Of a stretch of DNA of 64,000 bases, positions 12,090-24,844 are shown one piece after another; positions within the stretch are counted from its first letter, which is position 1, and each line of letters begins with the position of its first letter. Under the pieces are notes generated by a model, which was given only the letters and a program-made list of their open reading frames with translations, searched no databases and had not been told where the DNA came from. The translations under genes and the position numbers were made by a program. Source of the DNA: Octopus vulgaris (lineage: Eukaryota). The stretch spans positions 39,556,001 to 39,620,000 of the forward strand of contig OX597830.1 of NCBI GenBank assembly GCA_951406725.2. Direction: 5' to 3'.

Positions 12090-12680
12090 TGAATACTACT
12101 AAGCGTGGGGGTCTGAGAGAGACAGAAAGGGGGCGACCAGATGTGTTTGAGATGAGATTTTTGAGGGCTATGGTTAGTGTGACAGGGATGGACAGGATGA
12201 GGAGGTGCGAAGGCGAGCAGAAATAAAGAAAATCTATGTACCAAAATGGTTACACGTATGTTGAGGGGGTTTGGCCTCGTGGAGAGGATGGATGAGAAAC
12301 GGATGGTAAGGAGGGTGATGAAGGCAGAAGTGGGCAGTAGAACCAGAGGCAGATCACGGTTTGTGTGGATGGATGGAGTAAGGAAAGCTTTAGTGGTTAG
12401 AGGTGAAGGAGTGAGAGAGGCAAGAGAGTTTATGAATGATAGGAAAGCTTGGAGAGTGTTTGTGGCTGGATGAGTGAATTGATATGGCTCAAAGGGATAT
12501 GGAGCCAGCATGATATGGCGAGGGTAAATCAGCATATGCTGTCGGGCCCCGCTGCTGATATCAGGCGTTTGCTTTCTATGTCTTGACCCGAGCGTAGGAC
12601 GGGGCTCGCCTCTTGAGTTGGGAAATGAATAGAATGCCTGACGTATGTCTTGTGGCTACTCCACCTATGGGGAATTTGGC
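12090..12680 (+). mobile_element. Second RTE-like LINE 3' remnant
   Basis: LRGFGLVERMDEKRMVRRVMKAEVGSRTRGRSRFVWMDGVR...DRKAWR resembles the RTE ORF C-terminus. Confidence 0.7.
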
Positions 12681-13894
12681 CATGATAAATATTAAAAAAA
12701 AATAAGCGACAAAACCATATTCTCAAAACTTCTTAACTCTCTGACGAAGGACAAGGACCCAAAATATTATAGTTTACAGTTGTTATGACAATTGAATTTC
12801 TTAAACTTTTCCTCTAAAAACTGTTCTATTGAGCAGTCATTACCACTCGGGTTCTATATTTTACCCTTTTTTCATTTATTGAGAGATATATCAGCATAAC
12901 AATATAATGCTTTCAGACTATATCATTCACTCATCACGAGATGATTTAGCTCATGGACATAATGATCGTTCAAAAGTGTATTCACAGAATGACTTTTTTT
13001 ACTCTGTGCTCCAACTGACATTGTCTAATTATCTAATGGCAAGAAACTGCCCTTTTAAAATTTAAGTTTCAATAACGGGATAAGATCTAACCTCATATTA
13101 ATAGAATTTTTTTCTCACAACATGGACATTGCTTCTTAATTTCTTTTCTATAAATATCTCCGAATATAAATATAAATATCTTTCGAATTTTCTTCTCTTG
13201 TTCCTCCTATTAAAGTTACTAATCGTGTGACTTGTCTTTCATCCTTTCACTGTTGCCGTCTCCTCTCGTAAGAAATGTTTCTATTCTGGTAGACATTTTC
13301 CCCTTGAACATTTCTTATGGGAGTTTTTTTCTTTTGTCTCTCTGATATATATGAATGTAATCCTGATTTTTTTCTAAATCTTGTGTTACTTTTTAGAGCA
13401 GTTTCTTACAAGATATTCCACTTTTTAACTTTGATTACTGCAAAGAAACCAATTGATTGTTCGAAGCCTGTTTTATAATTGCTTATTTGCAGCCTTGCTG
13501 GAAGCTATTTTTATTTTAAAAATAAATGAAAAAATTAACATTAATAACACTTGCTCCAACTCCATAACTGCCAAGTTCTTATTCTTCTCAATAGTATAGC
13601 AGGAGAAGGTAAAAATGCCATAGAACTTCGCAGGCCATGAGGCGGAGAGCTTCATATTGTTTATGCTTAGCTTGACCATTTACACGTCGATGTCTTCAGG
13701 CAGGAAGAGAATTCCCAAGGATTGAGATTCTGAGAAAGAAGGTCTGAGCAAAGTACCTCATCTCAAAAGTATTCATTGGGATTATTAACTGTAGGCTGTT
13801 TGCAGCCTACTTAAGGGCTGCAAACCCAAGTCCAAAATGTTGACAAACAAGGTCGATTTAATAAATCTTGGTATCAAAACAAGCACAGGAACAA

Positions 13895-14570
13895 TGATTC
13901 TTTCTACTTTAGACACAAAGCCTGAAATTTTGGAGTAGGGAGCAATCGTTTACATCGACTTCAACTGGTACTTATTTTATCGACCCCGAAGAGATGAAAA
14001 GCAAAGTCGACCTCGGCGGAATTTGAACTCAAATTATAAAGACGGACGAAATACCGCTAAGTATTTTATTTGGTGTGCAAACGATTCTGCCAGCCTGTCT
14101 CCTAAACACAGGTATAATGATCTTTTCTACGAAAAGCACAAGGCCTGAACTTTTGGGGAAGGGGGTTAGTCGATTATATCGACCTCCGTATGCAACTGGT
14201 ACTTATTTAATCAAACTCCGGAAGGATGAAAGGCAAAGTCGACCTCGGTGGAATTTGAACTCAGAATGTAAAGATGGATGAAATGCCGCTAAGCATTTTC
14301 CACGGCGTGCTCACGATTCTGCCAGCTCACCGCCTTATGAAAAACACAAGTATCATCTTTTCTGCTCTAGGCACTAGGCCCGAAATTTTGGTGGAGGGGG
14401 CCAGTGGGTTAGATCGACCCCACTACGCAACTGGTACTTAATTTATCGACCCCCGAAAGAATGAAAGGCAAAGTCGACCATGGCGGAATTTGAACTCAGA
14501 ACGTAAAGACAGACGAAATGCCGCTAAGCATTTCGTCCGGCTTGCTAACGTTTCTGCCAGCTCGACATCC
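13895..14570 (-). mobile_element. Three head-to-tail SINE A copies
   Basis: About 220-bp unit repeated three times on -. Confidence 0.85.
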
Positions 14571-15609
14571 TAAAACACTACTTTGTCTAACATGTATTGC
14601 TTTTATTTAAGACTGCAAGAGACCGTGCGATGTGAGGTGATGAGAATGACTCTTTTGTACATCACATGGTCAGTCACCAATTTGTAAGAGGCCGTGTGAT
14701 GCGAGGTGAGGGGAACGGATGTGAGCGTGTGTGCTAAGAACATATAAGAATGGCAATGAAGAAGACACTGAAAGAGTCTATAAAGAGAAGTGAGAACTTC
14801 ATAGACACAAGAATGAGAATACCAGTTCGTAATCAATTGTACATGATAGTCGAAATATTGCATCAAGAGGTTACCTAGCCGGTTACAGGTACGTGATGTG
14901 TTTGAAGTCATGGCTATGATGCTGAGCCGGTTGGAGGTATATGTCGTACGTGAAGTTGTGGCTGTAATGCTGAGCCTGTTGGAGATACATGCCGTACGTG
15001 AAACTGTGGCTGTGATGATGCTGCCTGGGTCACTTAGTACAGGAGTTCTTGGAAGTTCTGTTTCGCTGTTGATCCATGGTGAAGTAATTCACGAACAGTG
15101 AAGTGTTGGAACCTGACCGAGTTGCTAGTTGAGTTGTGTACGTAGAGATGTTGACGTTAGGACGATGGTGGCGACGGAGACGGGGGTTACCGAATGCTGT
15201 TGGACGAAGTTGGTAAGTCTCAACGTGGCTGCTGTGGTGTTGTCATTGGAGCTGGTTGCGTCTTGTGTGGTCAGTGGCTAGACTTTAAAAGGTCTGAAAC
15301 CAAAGACGAATAGTGTGGAAAAAGTTGGGTTTTTATAGGGAGCAGTAGGCTCGAAAAGGGTTCGATAAAGGTTGTTCACATGATGCTATCTAAAGTCTCT
15401 GACTGGTTATCCGCGATCATTTGGTACAATAGAGGAGACAAATTGTGCTAATACCAGCCAATCGCGAAGTAGTGGGCACAACGGGATACAAACAGTGGCC
15501 TAAGGCTAGCTGTTACCTGCTACGTTCGAATGTACGTATATGTAGAGTCTGCGCCACAAGACAATAGAGTATGCATTTAGAGAAATGTTTTGCTATTTCT
15601 AGCAAGTCA

Positions 15610-16750
15610 AGTTGACAAACAGTGATAGAAATGAATTTAAGGAACTAGAGATAAGCTAAAGTCCGAGAGGCTGAAGATAGGATGAAGGATTGTGGTGGGG
15701 TTTAGATTTTATAAGCTTCTTCTCTGACTGAAAAGAAGGGGAATATCGTCTGTCTCCTCTCAGGTGTTGCCTATTTTCTGCTAGTCCGAAATTCACAGGG
15801 GAATGGGTTGATGTCCTTCCTGTGGCCAACGTTGGCGGTTTGGCGAGCTGGCAGAAACGTTAGCACGCCGGGCGAAATGCCTAGTGGTATTTCGTCTGCC
15901 GTTACGTTCTGAGTTCAAATTCCGCCGAGGTCGACTTTGCCTTTCATCCTTTCGGGGTCGATTAAATAAGTACCAGTTACGCACTGGGGTCGATATAATC
16001 GACTTAATCCGTTTGTCTGTCCTTGTTTGTTCCTTCTGTGTTTAGCCCCTTGTGGGTAGTAAAGAAATAGGTTACTTAGTCTGGATGAACTCTGCATCTC
16101 CATTGTACTCAGAGTGGGGGCCGATATCTGTGGGGGACTGAGATGTCACTATGTTCCGCCCCTCGACCCCACAGGCCTTCATGGTTTGTCCTGCCACCTA
16201 AATGCTGGTCGTTTTGCTCGTCACACTAAACTAAGCCTAATCATTAAGAGGGGCCAGGCTCGGGTTAATATTCCCTCAGTTCTGGAGCCAGCGAGATTTT
16301 CCAGAAGTGATGGGAAGAGACAAGATAGTCTTACCCTTTATCCCTGAGTTAGAGTTAGATGCCTCATCTGGGATGTCACAGTCAGTGACATCTTAACTCC
16401 TTCCCACATCCTGGATGCTGTGGTAAATAGGAAAGTCACTATTTCCGTAGCCGAACGGAACAAAATTCTGAAGTATCGGGACTTGTTAGAGAACCATTTC
16501 TTCTAGCCTATGGCGTTTGAGACGTTTGGAGGGGCTGGGCCGCTGACAGCGAATCTCTTGTCATCGTTGGCGGCCCGCCTTACCGAGGTGTCATGTGATG
16601 CCCGTGCGGGTGCTTGACTGTTCCAACGCCATCGCCATCGGTAATACCTCGAGCGTTCCGGTAACCCCAAATTAATGCACTTACTATTGAATTGGTGTTT
16701 TTTCCTTTTCATGATTATATTTTCTTGTTTTGAATTTATATTTTTATGTG
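15610..16750 (+). mobile_element. CRE-clade non-LTR retrotransposon remnant, interrupted by a SINE
   Basis: GEWVDVLP / LRVG / GLHGLSC / RH / LEP / DGKRQD / LIWDVT pattern typical of the CRE zinc-knuckle + restriction-like endonuclease region; stops present. Confidence 0.7.
15839..16069 (+). mobile_element. SINE family A (Nin/Deu-domain-like), young copy
   Basis: ggcgagctggcagaaacgttagc head, gagttcaaattcc B box, gactttgcctttcatcctttcggggtcgat core; dozens of copies in window. Confidence 0.85.
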
Positions 16751-16792
16751 GATTATGTATGTAATTAAGTATACTCTGACAATAAATTCATA

Positions 16793-17204
16793 TACTCTTT
16801 ACTCTCTTTTACTTGTTTCAGTCATTTGACTGCGGCCATGCTGGAGCACCGCCTTTAGTCGAGCAAATCGACCCCGGGACTTATTCTTTGTAAGCCCAGT
16901 ACTTATTCTATCGGTCTCTTTTGCCGAACCGCTATGTGACGAGGACGTAAATACACCAGCATCGGTTGTCAAGCAATGCTAGAGGGACAAACACAGACAC
17001 ACAAACATATACACACACATACATATATATACATATATACGACAGGCTTCTTTCAGTTTCCGTCTTCCAAATCCACTCACAAGGCTTTGGTCGGCCCGAG
17101 GCTATAGCAGAAGGCACTTGCCCAAGATGCCACGCAGTGGGACTGAGCCCAGAACCACGTGGTTGGTTGGCAAGCTACTTACCACACAGCCACTCCTGCG
17201 CCTA
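16793..17204 (-). mobile_element. SINE family B, full length
   Basis: Complete head to (aaagagta)n tail. Confidence 0.9.
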
Positions 17205-17425
17205 TCTATATATTAAAAAAATTAAAAACCAGCCTCAGCCCCTAATGCTCTTGAGGAAAAAAAAAACATGACTATCACATAAATACACATTTCTTTGCCA
17301 AAAATATGAGATTTTTTCGTTCTTTGAACATTATATATCAATCACTCTCCACCCTGTCATCCATAATCTTATTTGTAACTCAGAAATATTTATTACAACG
17401 AAAGAAATGTTAATTTACTTCATAA

Positions 17426-17459
<34 letters not shown>

Positions 17460-17824
17460 TCACACATACACATACATACTACGCATACACACAATTTACG
17501 TATTTATTTATTTATTTATTTATTCATCTCTGTTTAAGACCTCATGTTGTTATTCTCTGTTACCGCGGCAACTTGGTATCAATGCGCCAGACCGGAACAC
17601 TCTATGCGACAACTTACGAAAATATAATCCGTTACATTGACTTCGCTTTCCATATCGTAGGCTCTGCTGATTAACTTTTAATTTTACTCGTCTATATATA
17701 CGCATATGTGTTGACAACATCCATGTTCTATTAAAATTATAAGTCGCTACTTAATGAGGGAAGACGAGAAGGAGAAAGGGTGGAGGAGGTCTATTCATTT
17801 CTCTTCGAAGCGAACGCGGAGAAA

Positions 17825-17837
17825 GTTCCTTAGCAAC
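17825..17837 (+). promoter_or_regulatory. RFX X-box-like motif upstream of CFAP20
   Basis: GTTCCTTAGCAAC resembles the X-box consensus (GTNRCC-N0-3-RGYAAC) about 180 bp before the ATG of a ciliary gene. Confidence 0.65.
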
Positions 17838-18008
17838 AAAGTTTGTGCTTGGTCGGAAATAACAAGAGTGACATGTTTATTTAGGAACTAAACTTTAACT
17901 TCTCAAGTGTGCTTAGCCTTTTTTTAAATAAATTACTAATATATATATATATATTTATATATTCGGATTCTGTGCGTTGGCCAATTGCCCGTATATTTAT
18001 ATTTCACA

Positions 18009-18092
18009 ATGTTTAAAAATACCTTCCAGAGTGGGTTTTTGTCGATATTATACAGTGTTGGCAGTAAACCGCTTCAGATATGGGACAAAAAG
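18009..18092 (+). CDS. CFAP20: CFAP20/BUG22 coding exon 1
   Basis: ATG at 18009; [28 protein letters not shown] matches the CFAP20 N-terminus; donor GTGAGT at 18093; 84 nt, phase 0. Confidence 0.98.
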
Positions 18093-21000
18093 GTGAGTGC
18101 TTCGTTTTCCTCGAGTTTAATTTTAAAGTGCATCATCAAAAGAAAAATATATACATATTATTATTGTTATTAATTTATTCACATTCTTAGCAACAGCATA
18201 CCTTTTTAATGTATTGATGTGAAAAATCTTGGAATATCAGTTGCGTGTACAATAAATATTATATTGTACAAGATACAAGACCGCATCTTTGTTTTATATT
18301 AATTACGATTTTACGCTTGAAAGTTTTTAAAAAATACGATAACACTTTTACATAAAATCTGTTTAACATATAAGCAATCCGAATCGTCTTCTCAGATATT
18401 ACTTGATTATTACACCTTGTTGATCACGTTCCTTTGTTTATTAGTTTTTGTTGCTTTTGTTTACCGTCTTAGCAGTAATTACACGCCATCTCTCTCTTAA
18501 TCGCTGTCTCTTGAGCGAAACTTATAAACTTAGGTTAATGAATGAATGGTTAATTTTTTTTATGCCCCCAGCATTAATTAAATACAGTTTATATTGTTTT
18601 AAATGTCAATAAATAAATGAATTTAACATTTTATAAAACGTATGCCTGCTCAGATACATGTGCAAGTGTTATAAATAGAGAAAATAGTGAAGTTGAAGTT
18701 GTCTGGCTTGCTATTTTCCTTAGTAACTCCCGGCTTTGTTAAACTACAACTTGAATTCGATCCCTGTTTTACAACGATATATCACGAATCATCCTCAATA
18801 AGGAAACAAAAGAAAATGACAAGTTCTCATTTTTATTTCACACAGAATTATCTATTTCCAAACAACGGAATCGATGAACATTAACTATAACTCAAGTCAA
18901 ATTCTTTATCTTACGATCGACTAAACGCATCTTCTTATTATTATTACCATTTATTTATACAGTACCGGACAAATTATCCGGTACTCTTGGAACCGGAAGT
19001 GTCCGGGATTGTGAATTTTCCTATTTTCAAGAGACACCCTAACACATGCACTTGAAATATGAGATAAACTGTGAAAAGTAAAGAACTAAATTGTGCATAG
19101 CAGATTCCCATTTAACACACTTCTAAAGCAGGGTCTGTTTGATATTTATTAATCCACTTAAAACTCTTTAAATACACCATACTCTGTTATGTATACAGTA
19201 TAACGTTTATAGGATGAAAATTAAACAAAGTAGAGTAAAGAACATAATTTCAAAGGACAGAACTATTTTTAACACTCAATATGCAAATTAACCATCTTCA
19301 AAAATAGGGTTTGTATGTTCAATAAAGGGTATAGAATATTGCACAATATTCCCGGGTCTCTGAAAGCCGGTTAAGTGGTCCGGTCATGTATTTTATATTT
19401 TATTTCCAACACTTTTTTGTAGTCTGTCTATTTGAGTTATTTCCCTTGACTTATTCCCGGGTAAATTGTTTTATTGAGAGTGGTTGAGCGTTACTTTCGT
19501 ATATATTTCGTAATTGACTTTTTGTTTATGATGAAACAAAGACCTTTTTCTCTTTCAGCGGAGAGAACCGGGTGGGTGTGGTCGTTGGTACCTTTCGCCC
19601 AAGAACATTATCGTTGGGAATTTTCAGTGGAGATTTTGAAATCTTCATCTGTCATTATCACATTTTATTCCGTTTTCTTGGTTTTCAGATATGCAAAATA
19701 AATAATCCTACCTTAGTCCTAGAATAGCCCAACCTTACAATCTTGTTATTACTGCGGCTTGGCATATGTTTTATTGTATCTCCCTGGGTTAGCCCTGATC
19801 TAGCGGACCTGTGATCAAATCCATCCCGTTTGTGATTTTTCCGGCCTTTCTTACTGTATCTTGAACTACATTATCAAATGTGTGCTTTGCCATAAGCCGA
19901 TGGAGAGTGTAATTTGAGGAAGATTTGGCTGCTTTTTTATTTATTATTTGTTGTGGGGAACGAGTTACCTCATGCATGGTCCCTTGTTAGTATTGCCCTA
20001 TTAATTTTGAATTCACCTCTTAGCCTGGGTGGCTGGGAAGTTAATAGCTATTCCGAAAGATCACTGATCAGAGATTATGCTTGTCTTGCGAGATGAACGT
20101 AAGAGTAAAAAAATGTATCAAAACTTCAAGATTCCTTTGAGGAAATTGTATTAAGGCTGAAGAATTCTTTATCATAGATGCAGGAGTGGCTGTGTGGTAA
20201 GTAGCTTGCTTACCAACCACATGTTTGTGTGTCTGTGTTTGTCTCCCCCGCCCCAACGTCGCTTGACAACCGTTGCCGGTGTGTTTACGCCCCCGTAACT
20301 TAGCGGTTCTGCAAAAGACTCAGATAGAATAAGTACTAGGCTTACAAAGAATAAGTCCTGGGGTCAATTTGTTCGTCTAAAGGTGGTGCTCCAGCATTGC
20401 CACAGTCAAATGACTGAAACGAATAAAAGAATAATTTACACTAATTTGACAAGACTTATTTCACTTAAGGTTGATTTTAAGGATACTAATGTTAGATTAT
20501 ATTTAACATGATGCCATAAAGAGTCTTGTATACAAGACTAGTTCATTATATATATATATATGGTGGAAATCAGGTTGGTGAACTGGGAAAAGGTAAGAGA
20601 TATTCTTTATGCAACACTAGTCTAGAGGTAGAAGAAATTCTGTGTCCATAAATATTTTCAATTCTTTTAGTCTTGGAGTTAGTGGAATTGGATTACTATG
20701 TAAGTGACTGAACATTCCACCGATAATCCAGTGTATGACAAGCCTGTTCTATTGACTTAGCAATACAAATATGTATGTATGTATGATTGTAGCCTCTAGT
20801 AGTCTGAAAATGGTGATTCCTTGTGATCATTTTCTTGTTGATCCTACTTATAATGGAACCGTAAACTCTCACTTTATATAGATGTGTGTGTTTATATATG
20901 TATATATATATGTATATATATGTATAGGTGTGTGTGTGTCTGTGTGTTTGTACACACACCACCTCTTGACAGCCAGTTTTGGTGTGTTTACATCACTGTA

Positions 21001-21169
21001 ACTTAGCAATTCTGGTCCACAGTGTGGAAGAAGAAGTACCAGGCTTAAAAAAAGGAAAATAACTAGTGAGGAATATTTGTTCAACTACAATTTTTCAAAG
21101 CAATGCCTCAGTCTAATGACTGACACTAGTGAAAACCAAAGGATAAGAAACACACACACATATATTGTG

Positions 21170-21750
21170 AAGCCGCATGACTCAGTGGTCAGAGCATCAA
21201 GCGTATGATTGTAAGGTTATGAGTTTGATTACCGGACCAAGCTGCGTGTTGTGTTCTTGAGCAAGACACTTTATTTCACATTGCTCCACTTCACTCAGCT
21301 GTAGAAATGAGTTGGTGCGAAGCTGTATTGGCCTTTGCCTTTCTCTTGGATAATGTCGGTGGCATGGAAAGGGGAGGCTGGTATGCATGTGCAATTGGTG
21401 GTCTTCCATAAACAAATTTGCCCACACTTGTACTTCAGTAGGGAACTTTCTAGGTACAGTTCCATGGTCATTCATGATGGAAGAGGATCTTCACCCTTTA
21501 CTCTCTCTATATATGTGTGTGTGTGAAGGTGCATGGCTCACTGGTTCACTGGTGCCAAGCTGTATGGGCCTTTGCCCTTCCCTTGGATAACATCGGTGGC
21601 ATGGAGAGGGGAGGCTGGTATGCATGGGCGACTGCTGGTCTTCCATAAAAACAACCCTAGGTTGTGCATTTGCAGGTGAGGCAACTCTCCACTCAGACTT
21701 CTACCCCAGAAGGGAACCTCTTAGGTGCACACATGGTCATTTGTGACAGA
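21170..21750 (+). mobile_element. Family C head with an alternative tail, partly duplicated in tandem
   Basis: C-type head at 21170-21310; tail ggcctttgcc...ggggaggctggtatgcatg occurs twice. Confidence 0.65.
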
Positions 21751-22434
21751 CAGTCATTCATATATACATACATACACATTGTGTTAATATGTATATCAGA
21801 TAGTGTATGTCTTCAGTGAGATGCTTTGAATCAAGTGTATTGCCTGAGTAGATGGTTATGCAGCCTACCTAGCTTAGAGGCAAAGAGACCAGTGCAATAG
21901 CTGTTGAAACAGCAGGAAGAAGTTGTAGCATTTTAGTCATAAACTGGATCACTTTCCTGTCACAGTATAGCATGTTTGAGTTGCAACAGCACTGTCTGAG
22001 ATGCATGTTCTAGTACTTAATTGTGGATCTTAATTGAGCTTTATGGGAATATCAACCACTAATAAATTTGGAGTATTTTTCCACTGAAAAGTAAATATAG
22101 TTTTTGGAATAGATTTTTAACAGAGAAATATGTGTAGTCACCAGCAAAATTGAGTGTTTTAGTTATGTGTTTTGTTCTTGCTTAAGAACTGAGGGTCTAG
22201 TGCAAGATATTTGTAGTTGTTCTGAATTGATTTAGAAAGCAACTAGTTTTCCATGCACATATTGGAGGACTGATATCGTGATTTCTGTGTTAGAAAACAG
22301 TGCAAATCCGACATGATGTATCTAGATTTCATGTGGATGGATGGTTAATGTGGGGTGGAGAATAGGACTGTGTGTTTGGTTAGGTCAGATTATTGATGTA
22401 AAGAAGGAAGAGTTTATCCAGCCCAGTTGTCCCA

Positions 22435-22601
22435 CCAGCCAGATCCAGCCTCACACACCTACATGATCATTCTAAAAACAAGCAATCAGCAATGACATCA
22501 TCAAAACCTCAAAGCTACAAGATAGTACAAGTTTAATTCAAAACAATATGGAAATAACAAGCATTACATTTGACAGAGTAATCTGAATGTTAAAGGGTTA
22601 A
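22435..22601. mobile_element. piggyBac-type MITE, partial, opposite orientation
   Basis: Ends gtaatctgaatgttaaagggttaa; reverse complement of the family 5' part. Confidence 0.65.
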
Positions 22602-22730
22602 GAAATATAACTTCCCTCCGAAGTATGCCAGGGTTTGTAGTGTGTTAACCATCTCCAGCATGCTTACTTCAATAAACAGTTGTGTTTACTTGTATGTAAT
22701 TATTGATTTGTTCCTGATATTGTCTTGCAG

Positions 22731-22810
22731 GTTCGTAATGGTCACATCAAACGAATCACAGACAATGATATCCAATCATTGGTTCTGGAAATAGTTGGCA
22801 CAAATGTCAG
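22731..22810 (+). CDS. CFAP20: CFAP20 coding exon 2
   Basis: tgtcttgcag acceptor; [26 protein letters not shown](S); donor GTAAGT; 80 nt. Confidence 0.98.
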
Positions 22811-24124
22811 GTAAGTACCACCAGCTTCATTCTTCTCACTCTATAAATTCCTTCTTTTCCACTCTGTCATCCTTTATACAGCAGCCAGGTTTATCTACTT
22901 TGAATATTGAGAGGTTAAATAATGTCTTATATTTAAAAATGAACTTAGGAGATGTTAATTAAAGCTGAGTTTTGTCTCTGGTTAAGTCGTAGGTTACTTC
23001 TTTCATGCAGTGTACATAAGGAGAAGCCAAGTTGGTAAATCTTATTCCTTGTCCAAGTTCTATCCCCCACAGTATTCAACTTGGGACCATAAGTTAGTGG
23101 AACACTCAAAAATTTTATAATATGGCTACTACTAACAGTGGTGAAATGTTCTTACCTGTGGTACCTAACATACAGCTTGGGCCAGTGGGGTGGTTGGTGT
23201 TAGAAAGAGCATCCAGCCATAAAAACCATGCCAAAACAGACAGTGAATCTTGGTGTAGTCTTCTGCCTAACCAGCTCCTGTCAAGCTCTCCAATCCATGC
23301 CAGCATGGAAAACAGGCATTAAATAATAATTTTGATGATGATGGTGGTGGTGGTGATATAGTAGAAGTAGATGTATTTTGTAAAGAAAAAGTTCTGTTGA
23401 AACAGACACAGAAGCCTGGTGTAGTCTTCTACCTGGTTGGCTCCTATCAAACCACACAACCCATGCCAGCATGGAAAGCGTTCATTGAACAATGATGATG
23501 ATGATGAATTCAGCCTCCTGCTTCCCATCAGTCATGAATACAACCCAAAGATACTTCAACTGTGGCTCTCACAGATTATATACAATTTGATCAAATTGCT
23601 CAAGCGGAAATTGTGAATCTGATGATTTGCCATTTTTAGAATCGTTTCAAGCATGGAAATAGTTTGTGTCTGATGCATTGCCATTCATGCCTTACTGAAA
23701 CTGATAGGACATCTATGGATCCATATTCACTAAATGTTGTTGGGGTTTTTGTATTTGTTTGAGGCAGAAGGTTTGAACTAGTTCATCTTTTGTGTGCGAG
23801 TTGATGATTAACATAGTTTATTTATGCATCATTACATATTACATAATCAGCCATTAAAGTCTTTTTGTGTAAGTCTACAATTATTTAACTCCAATCCAAC
23901 ATGCCTAACAACGAAAATATTAGGAGCTGCTGTTCTTATCATGTTTGTTTGATTATTTGCTTCAGTAGCCACTCTGGTATTTCAGGAAATTGAAATTCCC
24001 ATTTTGTTTTTGTTATTTTGAAATTTTTACTATTTTAGAAAAGGGTGAATGTAAAACATGCAGCCCTGCTTGTTTTGTTATGTTATAAGCAGGGGGAATT
24101 TACATAATATTAAAAACCCAAATC

Positions 24125-24287
24125 AGCAGGAGTGGCTGTGTGGTAAGTAGCTTGCTAACCAACCACATGGTTCTGGGTTCAGTCCCACTGCGTGGCATCT
24201 TGGGCAAGTGTCTTCTGCTATAGCCTCGGGCCAACCAAAGCCTTGTGAGTGGATTTGGTAGATGGAAACTGAAAGAAGACTGTCGTG

Positions 24288-24336
<49 letters not shown>

Positions 24337-24560
24337 TTGTGTGTCTGTGTTTGTCCCCCTAGCATTGCTTGACAACCGATGCTGGTGTGTTTACGTTCCC
24401 GTCACTTAGCGGTTCAGCAAAAGAAACTGACAGAATAAGTACTGGGCTTACAAAGAATAAGTCCCGGGGTCGATTTGCTCGACTAAAGGCGGTGCTCCAG
24501 CATGGCCGCAGTCAAATGACTGAAACAAGTAAAAGAAAGAAAAGAAAAGAAAAGAAAGTT
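24125..24560 (+). mobile_element. SINE family B, full length
   Basis: Complete family sequence with (AAAAG)n tail. Confidence 0.9.
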
Positions 24561-24844
24561 GCTTGAAAAATGAGCTGCAATAGAAATACAAGTTAAAGGA
24601 TAGAGGATTTTAATTACAAAAAAAAACTGCCAAAGCCAACAAGGAAATATCTTTCTAAACATAAGCTCATAGCATCACAATGTTTTTGAAATGTTAGTTG
24701 TTTATACTATATCAATTAGTTACAGTTATATTTTCATGTCTCTCCAAAATACTTTTATTTATAGCAGATTATAACCTCATATTTAATCTGTTTATTTATT
24801 ATTATTATCATCAGTATTAACATTGTTGTTATTATTATTATCAG

